A stretch of 32,431 nucleotides of DNA, taken from the IMG/VR virus record IMGVR_UViG_3300005805_000278, positions 1 to 32,431 of that record. One strand, written 5' to 3'. Each line of letters opens with the position of its first letter. Positions within the stretch are counted from its first letter, which is position 1. The notes beneath the pieces were generated by a model that did no database searches, was not told the origin of the DNA, and saw nothing but the letters and a program-made list of their open reading frames with translations. Of this stretch, positions 25,503 through 32,431 are shown in pieces. Position numbers and translations under genes: made by a program. The DNA is from a virus. Taxonomy: Duplodnaviria > Caudoviricetes.

Positions 25503-26942
25503 ATGACCAAAGAAATCGACATCACACCGAAGACTCACGCCATAGCTTCGCTCCGACGGCAGGACATGCCGCCGTGGCTGGCTGTGTGCGAGCTTGTTGA
25601 CAACTCACTCGACGCGAAGGCGTCCGTTGTAGGCGTTGAATGGGACGCATCGACGCGGTGTCTTTCTGTGTCAGACGACGGCGTGGGCGCGCCGAACCCT
25701 GCCGCAATCGTGACGATCGGAGACCACGACTCGGAGGGCCGCGACACGTCGGGACGCTACGGGATCGGCGCGAAGGACGCTGTTCTCGCGCTCGGAACGG
25801 CGGCCGAGGTCCTGGTGATCAGGAACGGAATCAGCCGGGTTGTCAGGGCAGACTTCGAGGAGGTCAGGGTGTCCGGTAGGTGGATCGCCAGGGAGGACCA
25901 AGAGCCCGCGCGAGACTCGATCTCGACCGGGACTGTCGTAAGGGTCCTCTGTGTCGATCGAAGGATTGACCGCCCAGTCATCACGAACAGGCTCTCGAAA
26001 ACTTTTGCTCCTGCGATCAGGAGGGGCAAGGTCATCACGCTCGACGGCCAGTGGGTGGAGGCTCCGCGGGTGGTGGAAGTCGACGACCGCCGAGAAGGGT
26101 CTGGCGAGTTTCGAGGCAGGAGTTATTCGTGGTGGGCTGGAATGAAGCGAGACGGCGAGAAGGTCGACGGCGGCTGGAGATTCGAGTTCAAGCATCGGAT
26201 GCTGGCTGAAGATTCGTGTAATCGGTCATACGGGACCGAGGGCATGGACATTCACAAGTTCTACGGCGTAATCACGCTGGTCGAGCCAGACGACGCCGAC
26301 GAAAGCGAGCGTTGGACAGTCAACAAACACAAGACATCCGCGGAAGAGCTGCAAGACCTGTGCGAACAGATCTTCCCGGAGATTCGAGACCTTTTGGAGC
26401 GGTGCGCGGCCGAGCATTCTCTGACGCTGGAGGCTGGAATCGCCGACGATGTTGGCCGCGGCCTGACCGAGGCCCTTTCTGGTGTCTCGGTTGTCAAAGA
26501 GAAGAGGTCGCACCGAGAGGATGAAGAACACGGGACGGTCGAGCCTCGGAACACGGGAAGGCGACGACGTCGAGCTGCAAAAACACAGCCTGGGGATGGC
26601 AGCGTTACTGTTCGCGACCCGCTGACTGGCAAGCGGTTCAGCATCAACTTCGCGGACGACGACAGGTTCGGGTGGGTGACCGGCTCGCGGAAGGCGAACG
26701 TCATCTACCTCGGCAAACTGCACGAATACTGGCAGATTCACGCGATGGACCGTGACATCGTTCAGTGCGTTGCGATGTCGCTTCTAGCTGGTCAGGCTGT
26801 CACGACAGACGACTCACAGCAGCCGATTATGGCAGCGGTTGTCTCTTCCGACGCCGCAAACGAGCGATTCTTCAATACGCTTGGAAACATCGCTTCCCAG
26901 GTGTCATCGAGGCGCGAACAGGAGGCAACGGATGGCCGGTGA
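25503..26942 (+). CDS. GHKL-family (MORC/Hsp90/MutL-like) ATPase
   Basis: CELVDNSLDA (N box), DDGVG (G1), GRYGIGAK (G2), GTVV (G3). Confidence 0.85.
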   Translation: MTKEIDITPKTHAIASLRRQDMPPWLAVCELVDNSLDAKASVVGVEWDASTRCLSVSDDGVGAPNPAAIVTIGDHDSEGRDTSGRYGIGAKDAVLALGTAAEVLVIRNGISRVVRADFEEVRVSGRWIAREDQEPARDSISTGTVVRVLCVDRRIDRPVITNRLSKTFAPAIRRGKVITLDGQWVEAPRVVEVDDRREGSGEFRGRSYSWWAGMKRDGEKVDGGWRFEFKHRMLAEDSCNRSYGTEGMDIHKFYGVITLVEPDDADESERWTVNKHKTSAEELQDLCEQIFPEIRDLLERCAAEHSLTLEAGIADDVGRGLTEALSGVSVVKEKRSHREDEEHGTVEPRNTGRRRRRAAKTQPGDGSVTVRDPLTGKRFSINFADDDRFGWVTGSRKANVIYLGKLHEYWQIHAMDRDIVQCVAMSLLAGQAVTTDDSQQPIMAAVVSSDAANERFFNTLGNIASQVSSRREQEATDGR

Positions 26943-27100
26943 ATGGGATGAGTTTGAAGACTTTTCAGCGTTCGGAAGTGACGACTGCTGCGGATCGCAT
27001 GAAGTGAGCGTGCTCGATCAGATGCGAACGCTCTGGGCCAAGGCAACGCCGGAAGACCGCCGGGCGTTCATGGAGGAAATTACCGATGGCCGGTGAATGG
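26931..27100 (+). repeat. 16-bp direct repeat GATGGCCGGTGAATGG (26931-26946 and 27085-27100)
   Basis: Exact match read from the sequence. Confidence 0.9.
26932..27096 (+). CDS. Short protein sharing its MAGEW start with the initiator gene
   Basis: AGGAGG RBS; flanked by a 16-bp direct repeat. Confidence 0.55.
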   Translation: MAGEWDEFEDFSAFGSDDCCGSHEVSVLDQMRTLWAKATPEDRRAFMEEITDGR

Positions 27101-27982
27101 ATCCCCTACGACGTTTGCCTCCCCCAGAAGCCCGAGGTGCTCGAGCTCGTCGACGCGACCGGCCTGCCGGCCGACCAGGTCGTCGGGCGGCTCCTCATGC
27201 TCTGGGGGTGGGCGGCCCTCAACTCCTCCGACGGTACGGCCCGGATGTCGATCCGGCTCCTGGGGAGGATCTGCGGGGGCGACGAGGACTTCTGGCGGCA
27301 GGTGGAGGCGGTTGGCTGGCTGGTAATTGACGCGGAGAACGGGACTGTGGCGATCCCCGGATGGGAGCGTCGGTTCTCGAAATCCGCGAAAAACAGGGCC
27401 ATGCACGCTATCCGGGCCGGGGAGGCCAAGGCTGGCGCACCCGCAGGTGCGCAAAAGCGCACCCGTGGGTGCGCAACCGCGCACCCGCAGGTGCGCGAAA
27501 GCGCACTAGAGAGAGGAGATAGAGGAGATAGAAGTTCTTCTTCCTCCCCCGGGAGCGCTGCGCTCGGGGACGGGGACACGCCGGCCCCGCCGGGGCCGGC
27601 CGGCTGGGAGACGCTCCGCAAGGCCTGGGCGGCAGGGACGGGCCGGCCGTGGAAGCTGCCGGACCCGCCGGACAAGGCCGCCGACCGCCTGGCCGAGCCC
27701 GGCTGGTTCGAGAAGGCCCTCCTGGCGATCCGCGAGCTCCCGCGGTGCAAATACTTCGCGGACCCGGTGACCCTGCCGCAGCTCGTGGCCCCCGGCTTCG
27801 TGGACAAGATCCTCGGTGGGCAGTTCGACAACCCCCGGGCGGCCCGTGGCGGTGGCGGTGGCGGCTACCGCGGGCCCGAGGACCGGGGACCGCCCCAGGC
27901 GTTCTCCGGGGACGACGCGGCCCGGTTCGAGGCCACGAAGCGGGCCCTGGCGGCGAAGCTGCGTCAGGAGGGCGCCGCCTAG
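27086..27982 (+). CDS. Phage replication initiator protein
   Basis: MAGEWI...KPEV...VVGRL..LW.WA, VGWL N-terminal domain; internal iterons in the linker. Confidence 0.8.
   Translation: MAGEWIPYDVCLPQKPEVLELVDATGLPADQVVGRLLMLWGWAALNSSDGTARMSIRLLGRICGGDEDFWRQVEAVGWLVIDAENGTVAIPGWERRFSKSAKNRAMHAIRAGEAKAGAPAGAQKRTRGCATAHPQVRESALERGDRGDRSSSSSPGSAALGDGDTPAPPGPAGWETLRKAWAAGTGRPWKLPDPPDKAADRLAEPGWFEKALLAIRELPRCKYFADPVTLPQLVAPGFVDKILGGQFDNPRAARGGGGGGYRGPEDRGPPQAFSGDDAARFEATKRALAAKLRQEGAA
27435..27549. repeat. Probable replication origin: three and a bit 22-bp palindromic iterons (GCGCACC-N4-GGTGCGC) followed by a purine-rich, AT-richer tract
   Basis: Units at 27435, 27457, 27479 and partial at 27501, then AGAGAGAGGAGATAGAGGAGATAGAAG. 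Confidence 0.8.
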
Positions 27983-28057
27983 ACTCGCGCCGCCCATCCG
28001 CCACGATTGACGCACGCGCCGCCGATGGACCGGCGGGCGACCTCGAGGACCCTACCC

Positions 28058-28360
28058 ATGATCCGGATTCTTGTCCTGCTCGCCCTGCTCGCCGTCGCCA
28101 CCGAGGCCCGGGCCGAGCGTCACTACTCGCGGACGGTCGTCCGCACGACCGCCGCGGACGACGCGGCCGACATGGCCCGGACGGGCCGATTCGGCCACCG
28201 TGGCACGGCAGGCTGCCGGGAGGGAATCGGGTACGGCTCGACGCCGGAGCAGGCCCTGGCGAACTGCTGCTTCAACGACGGCCGCTATCGGATCCGGGAG
28301 AAGGCCGTGGTCCGCGGGGCGAACGGGCGTTACTACGCCGTGATCCGCTACGAGAACTGA
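28058..28360 (+). CDS. Small secreted protein, possibly a minimal CAP/SCP-like domain
   Basis: Signal peptide ending ARA; A..MA..G.FGH...EGIG pattern; NCC motif. Confidence 0.6.
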   Translation: MIRILVLLALLAVATEARAERHYSRTVVRTTAADDAADMARTGRFGHRGTAGCREGIGYGSTPEQALANCCFNDGRYRIREKAVVRGANGRYYAVIRYEN

Positions 28361-28454
28361 CGAACAGCCTGCCGGGTGGGGGGCCGATGAGGCCCCTGCC
28401 CTGTTGGGCGTGGACCTGGACTCGTTCTGCGGCCCCGCTACGTTCGGTGGTCGC

Positions 28455-28898
28455 ATGGATGCGATCACGTTCGAGGTCCCTGGTCCAGCCATCCCGCAGC
28501 CGCGGGCCAGGAGCACGCGCGGCGGCCGGATGTACACGCCGGACAACGGGATCCAGGCCTTCAAGCAGGCCGTGGCCCTCATGGCCAAGTCGACGGCCGC
28601 GGCGGCCGGGTGGCGGGCGTCGGACTACCCGCACGAGATCTCCGTCGAGTGTGTCTTCGCACGTCCGGACAGCCACCTGACGAATGGCGGCGAGCTTCGG
28701 GCCGGCAAGCCGAGCTACCCGGGCCACCGAAACGGCGACTGGGACAACCTGGCCAAGGGCGTCCAGGACGCGATCACGAAGACGGCGGCGATCTGGCTCG
28801 ACGACTCCCAGGTGGTCGACGGGCGGTGCCGGAAGCGCTACGCGACCGCCGGCGAGGCCTCGCGGACGGTCGTCACGGTCCGGAGGCTGCCAGCATGA
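28455..28898 (+). CDS. rusA: RusA-family Holliday junction resolvase
   Basis: PG...PQPRAR, DWDNLAKGVQDA, WLDDSQVV. Confidence 0.9.
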   Translation: MDAITFEVPGPAIPQPRARSTRGGRMYTPDNGIQAFKQAVALMAKSTAAAAGWRASDYPHEISVECVFARPDSHLTNGGELRAGKPSYPGHRNGDWDNLAKGVQDAITKTAAIWLDDSQVVDGRCRKRYATAGEASRTVVTVRRLPA

Positions 28899-29263
28899 GC
28901 CGCCGCCGCCGCGCGATCCGGGCGACGGACGGCTCCCAGCGGCTCCAGGGCTCGGAGCGGCGGCTGCTGACGGCCGCCGAGCAACGCATCGCCCGCAAGG
29001 CGTGGCACGACGGCGAGACCCAGGCACAGATCGCCTGCCGGCTCGGCCTGAGCGTCGACACGCTCCGGGCCCGGCTGCAGGACCAGCTGGCGGACCTGCC
29101 ACGGCGTGGCCGCGGAGCCGGGGGCCGCCGCAAGGGCGACGACCCGACGCCAGAGGAGATCTACGGGCGGCTGGTCATGGTCGAGCAGGCAGCCTGGACG
29201 GACGAGGACCGTGCCACGCGCTGGCAGGGCGGCCAGTTCAAGCCCTCGGGCGAGACACCGTAG
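28895..29263 (+). CDS. HTH protein (sigma region 4-like); late regulator candidate
   Basis: LTAAEQRI...GETQAQIACRLGLSVDTLRARL; last gene of the early operon. Confidence 0.65.
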   Translation: MSRRRRAIRATDGSQRLQGSERRLLTAAEQRIARKAWHDGETQAQIACRLGLSVDTLRARLQDQLADLPRRGRGAGGRRKGDDPTPEEIYGRLVMVEQAAWTDEDRATRWQGGQFKPSGETP

Positions 29264-29266
29264 GCT
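29237..29266 (+). promoter_or_regulatory. Putative late promoter TTCAAG-N18-TAGGCT, likely leaderless
   Basis: Same hexamer and spacing as the other three sites; ATG 6 nt after the -10 with no SD. Confidence 0.5.
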
Positions 29267-29272
29267 CCCACC

Positions 29273-29593
29273 ATGGCAACCGCACCACAACTGCCGGGCG
29301 AGCTGTCGATCGCGCTGTGCCGCGGCGACGACTACTCGACGCTGATCGACCTGTCGATTGGCATCGTCGGGTACACCTGGGCGGCTGTCCTGTACTCGCT
29401 CGTCAACGGCCAGACGGTGGCCCAGCCGGCGATCACCGTGGTCGACGCCGTCACCGGGCAGATCAACATCTCGCTCACCGACGCCCAGGCGGCCGCCCTG
29501 GCCCCCGGCACCTACGGCCTGCGGGTCCACTGGACGGCCCCTGGTGACGCCAAGCGGCGGGCCTTCGAGGGCGTCTGCGAGGTGGTCCGGTGA
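29273..29593 (+). CDS. Virion structural/fibre-attachment protein (BppU N-terminal-like)
   Basis: RGDDY, G.INISLT..Q..AL..GTY, FEG pattern. Confidence 0.6.
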   Translation: MATAPQLPGELSIALCRGDDYSTLIDLSIGIVGYTWAAVLYSLVNGQTVAQPAITVVDAVTGQINISLTDAQAAALAPGTYGLRVHWTAPGDAKRRAFEGVCEVVR

Positions 29594-30393
29594 GCATCAC
29601 CGTCACGGCCACGGCCGCCCCGATCACCGTCTCGGCCAGCGGCACGAAGGTCGAGGCGACGATCAGCGGTGGCATGGGTCCCGCAGGCACGGCTGGCGCA
29701 GCCGCGTCGGTCGCTGTCGGCACCGTCACGACGGGTGCTCCAGGCTCGTCGGCCACAGTGACGAACGTCGGCTCGTCGAGTGCGGCGGTGCTGAACTTCA
29801 CCATCCCAGCGGGGGCGGCTGGAGCGACCGGGCCGCAGGGACCTGCTGGCCCAACGGGCGCGGCAGGCGCTGCTGGACCGCAAGGACCAGCCGGTGCTGC
29901 GGGGGCAACCGGCCCTGCGGGGCCGAAGGGTGACACAGGCGACACTGGGCCCGCTGGCCCGACTGGGGCTACAGGACCACAAGGTCCTGCCGGGGCTGCT
30001 GGCGCAGCAGGAGCCACAGGCCCACAGGGTCCGGCAGGCGTCGTGGCCGCAACGGCCCCCGTAACCTACGACGCGCCGAGCCAGACGGTGGCCCTGGCGA
30101 TCGGCTCCGGGCTCACTACATCGGGCGGGCAGCTCGTGCTCGCGTCCACCACCGTCGCCGCTGGCTCCTACGGCTCTGCGTCATCGGTGGCGACATACAC
30201 GGTGGACGCCACAGGCCGCCTCACGGCTGCTGGTTCGACCTCCATCGCCATCGCAGCCGGTGCCGTTTCGGGCCTCGCCGCAATCGCCACCAGCGGCAGC
30301 GCGAGCGACTTGTCGGGCACGCTCGCCTTCGCCCGCCTCCAGGCCCGCGCCCGCGCCGCCGCAAACATCTACCTCTGGTCTTCGTTTCGCTGA
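29590..30393 (+). CDS. Collagen-like fibre protein
   Basis: [24 protein letters not shown], followed by about 25 G-X-Y triplets. Confidence 0.85.
   Translation: MSITVTATAAPITVSASGTKVEATISGGMGPAGTAGAAASVAVGTVTTGAPGSSATVTNVGSSSAAVLNFTIPAGAAGATGPQGPAGPTGAAGAAGPQGPAGAAGATGPAGPKGDTGDTGPAGPTGATGPQGPAGAAGAAGATGPQGPAGVVAATAPVTYDAPSQTVALAIGSGLTTSGGQLVLASTTVAAGSYGSASSVATYTVDATGRLTAAGSTSIAIAAGAVSGLAAIATSGSASDLSGTLAFARLQARARAAANIYLWSSFR
29812..30040 (+). repeat. Gly-X-Y collagen repeat
   Basis: [13 protein letters not shown] units. Confidence 0.9.
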
Positions 30394-30405
30394 TAGGAGT
30401 TCACC

Positions 30406-30789
30406 ATGGCCGATAATCCCTCATTCGCCGTCACGCCGCGCATCGGTTCGGTCAACGTCGCCACCGCGAACACCAACCGCGACGGGACAGGAACAATCGC
30501 CACGCTCATACAGGGCAGCGCGACAGGCACCAGGGTGGCCGAAATCGTTTGCAAGGCCCGCGCGAACACAACTGCCGGGCAGGTTCGCGCCTGGCTGTTC
30601 GACGGGACGAACTACCGTTTTCTGGACGAATACGCCATCGGTGCCGCGACTGTATCGGCAACGGTGCAAGGCGTGCGGGTCAGCACGCGATACGACAACC
30701 TCATCTTGCCGAGTGCGTCTTGGTCGATTGTGGTCGCAACGCACAACGCTGAATCCATCGACGTTACGGCGTTCGCCGCTGACCTATGA
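30406..30789 (+). CDS. Beta-rich virion/fibre protein
   Basis: TAGGAG RBS; NTNRDGTGT motif; within the fibre module. Confidence 0.65.
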   Translation: MADNPSFAVTPRIGSVNVATANTNRDGTGTIATLIQGSATGTRVAEIVCKARANTTAGQVRAWLFDGTNYRFLDEYAIGAATVSATVQGVRVSTRYDNLILPSASWSIVVATHNAESIDVTAFAADL

Positions 30790-31685
30790 ATCCTGGCGTC
30801 CTGACAGGCGGCTACCAGCCGCCGCCAATGCCGTATGGTCTGCTTGGCAGGCCGACGCCGGTGCCGATGCCGAACAACTACCTGCACCCGGAGACGCAGG
30901 ACTGGGCCAGCCGCGTCCGTACGGCGGGCGGCGATGTTAGCGCGTACACAGTATTCGCAGTAAACCGATTTGTTCTCGCTGTTTACGCCGCAGGCATCCG
31001 CGACAAACTTTTGAGGGTCAATCTGTTCGCTGGAAGTTCCGACTCGCGGTTGGTTGCCGTGCGGACGCCGCTGTTTCGCGGGCAGTCGATGGACGGAGCA
31101 CAGTATGGGAACAGTCTGGATACGAACTTCAATTTTGTGGCAGGAGACTACGAGGAGGCTGGGCCATCCGGCGGACTGCGCGGCAACGGCAGCACGAAGT
31201 ATCTCGCCACTGGTTTTGCGGCAAATCTGTTGACAGTGGGAGATAGGCACATCAGTGCTTATGTGCGTGCGATTGCTAGTGGCAATTTTTCCGCAAGTCT
31301 CGGGAGTAGTGATTTCGGCGGTTCGTTTTGGTTGCGCAGACGGTTCGGCAATGACCAATTTGCTTTTGATGCTGGTGCTGGTGGAATAGATCAAAATGCC
31401 GTAGATGTCGGCTTCTTGATGGGTGTGAATAGTGGCGCTGGCGCTGGCGTGTTGTACCGTAACGGAAATGCAATTTCCTCTGCCACTGGTCAGACTATTG
31501 CGACTGCCAGCAGTGCGCCGATTCACATCTTTGCGAGAAGCACAGGAACAGGAGGTCAGGCTACGGACTTGTCAAGTGCGAGGCTTGGCGGGTACTCCAT
31601 CGGCAGCGCGCTTACGCGAAGTCAGGCTATTGCGTACTCCGTAGCCATGCAGGAGTTTCAGGCTGCGATGAGGAGGCAAGTATGA
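30786..31685 (+). CDS. Putative receptor-binding protein (concanavalin/LamG-like C-terminus)
   Basis: GLRGNGSTKYL.TG, LYRNG, YSIG.AL...Q..A; lower GC than flanks. Confidence 0.6.
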   Translation: MNPGVLTGGYQPPPMPYGLLGRPTPVPMPNNYLHPETQDWASRVRTAGGDVSAYTVFAVNRFVLAVYAAGIRDKLLRVNLFAGSSDSRLVAVRTPLFRGQSMDGAQYGNSLDTNFNFVAGDYEEAGPSGGLRGNGSTKYLATGFAANLLTVGDRHISAYVRAIASGNFSASLGSSDFGGSFWLRRRFGNDQFAFDAGAGGIDQNAVDVGFLMGVNSGAGAGVLYRNGNAISSATGQTIATASSAPIHIFARSTGTGGQATDLSSARLGGYSIGSALTRSQAIAYSVAMQEFQAAMRRQV

Positions 31686-31996
31686 CCCTCTCCGACATCA
31701 CGCTCCCTGTGACCTACGAATGGGGCGTCCAGCACGCCCTGCTGTTCACGCCGCAACTGGCCCAGCGGCTCGCGCAACTGCACCGCGTCTACGGCAGGCC
31801 CGATTGCGTGCCGCAGCCTGTGCGCCTTGCCGATGGGCGGCTCATGCTCACCGCTGACATCCTGACCGCCGTAGAGCCGGGAGGCTGGCTGCATGAGATG
31901 TGGGTTCACGCGGACAAGGCAACGCTGTTGCCCGCCGTTGAGGTCGTGCCGATTGCCGACGCCATGGCGCTGATGCCGCAGCCGCAGGAGGCGTAG
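31682..31996 (+). CDS. Hypothetical protein (possible fibre chaperone)
   Basis: GAGGAGG RBS, ATGA overlap; LADGRLML.ADILT. Confidence 0.65.
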   Translation: MTLSDITLPVTYEWGVQHALLFTPQLAQRLAQLHRVYGRPDCVPQPVRLADGRLMLTADILTAVEPGGWLHEMWVHADKATLLPAVEVVPIADAMALMPQPQEA

Positions 31997-31999
31997 GAC

Positions 32000-32296
32000 A
32001 TGCCGAGCAGGGTGGAGAGGTGGCGGCCGCCCGTGTTCCTGAAGGCCGAGAACACGAAGGAGCACGCCCACTACCTCACGGCCGACTGGAGGGCCAAGCG
32101 GCTGCGGATCGCCACCCGTGACGCGTTCGTGTGCAAGGACTGCGGACGCGTGGCGTATGGCAAGGACGGACACGCCGACCACGAGATCCCGCTCGAGGAA
32201 GGCGGGAGCGATGACGACGCGAACATCTTCTGGCGGTGCGCCAGGTGCCACGGAAAGAAGACGCGCGATGAGCAGAAGCGGCGCGGGATTCTCTGA
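32000..32296 (+). CDS. HNH endonuclease (HK97 gp74-like terminase accessory)
   Basis: RD...CKDCG, HADHEIP, GG.D...N, CARCHGKKT; precedes cos/terS on circularisation. Confidence 0.92.
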   Translation: MPSRVERWRPPVFLKAENTKEHAHYLTADWRAKRLRIATRDAFVCKDCGRVAYGKDGHADHEIPLEEGGSDDDANIFWRCARCHGKKTRDEQKRRGIL

Positions 32297-32415
32297 AAAC
32301 ATGCGTTTCGCCCGAGAATCCACCATGTTTCTGCGATTCTACGAGCATGCCTTGCTCGTCTTCGCAGGGAACACGCGTTTTACCCGGGAAAACCGCACTT
32401 TGGCGTCGACGGGGG

Positions 32416-32431
32416 GTGGGGTCTGCCACAA
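32416..32431. other. Left half of a putative cos dyad (GTGGGGTCT; partner AGACCCCAC at 5-13)
   Basis: 9-bp inverted repeat spanning the end/start junction between HNH and terS. Confidence 0.65.

Larger units (their letters stand above)
1..32431 (+). mobile_element. Near-complete or complete temperate HK97-like siphophage genome
   Basis: Head, neck, tail, integrase, replication and HNH modules are all present; no host housekeeping genes; dyad symmetry across the end/start junction. Confidence 0.93.

Noticed and set aside
27435-27506. Palindromic repeats as a CRISPR array
   Set aside because: Units are tandem with no spacers, lie in frame within a gene, and no cas genes are present; iterons fit better
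1-32431. Alternative genetic code or stop-codon readthrough
   Set aside because: Core genes are full length under the standard code, with TGA, TAG and TAA all used as stops

Overview
The window looks like an essentially complete, GC-rich (roughly 65-70% by eye) temperate HK97-like siphophage genome of 32.4 kb. It opens at the small terminase and closes with an HNH endonuclease, and an inverted repeat spans the end-to-start junction like a cos site. Gene order: terS, terL, portal, prohead protease (fused to a HAD-like domain), a five-gene membrane/papain-like peptidase cassette, major capsid, neck genes, three short tube-like genes, G/GT chaperones with a -1 frameshift, tape measure, Cys-rich tail tip, a metallophosphoesterase/HExxH/dNTP-diphosphohydrolase cluster, integrase (the only convincing minus-strand gene) with a tRNA-like attP candidate, an early/replication region (Sak4-like ATPase, SSB, ParB-like plus GHKL ATPase, initiator with iterons, RusA), a second fibre module and HNH. 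No canonical endolysin or CI repressor is recognisable. Most notable: (1) the membrane/papain-peptidase cassette as a candidate non-canonical lysis system; (2) recurrent CANGGANG hairpins over start codons, suggesting CsrA/RsmA-type control; (3) a repeated TTCAAG-N17/18-nAnnnT late-promoter candidate; (4) the protease-HAD fusion; (5) three tube-like paralogues; (6) a ParB plus MORC-like pair. A Planctomycetota-like host is an inference only. All protein calls come from motif recognition and synteny, not from database searches.
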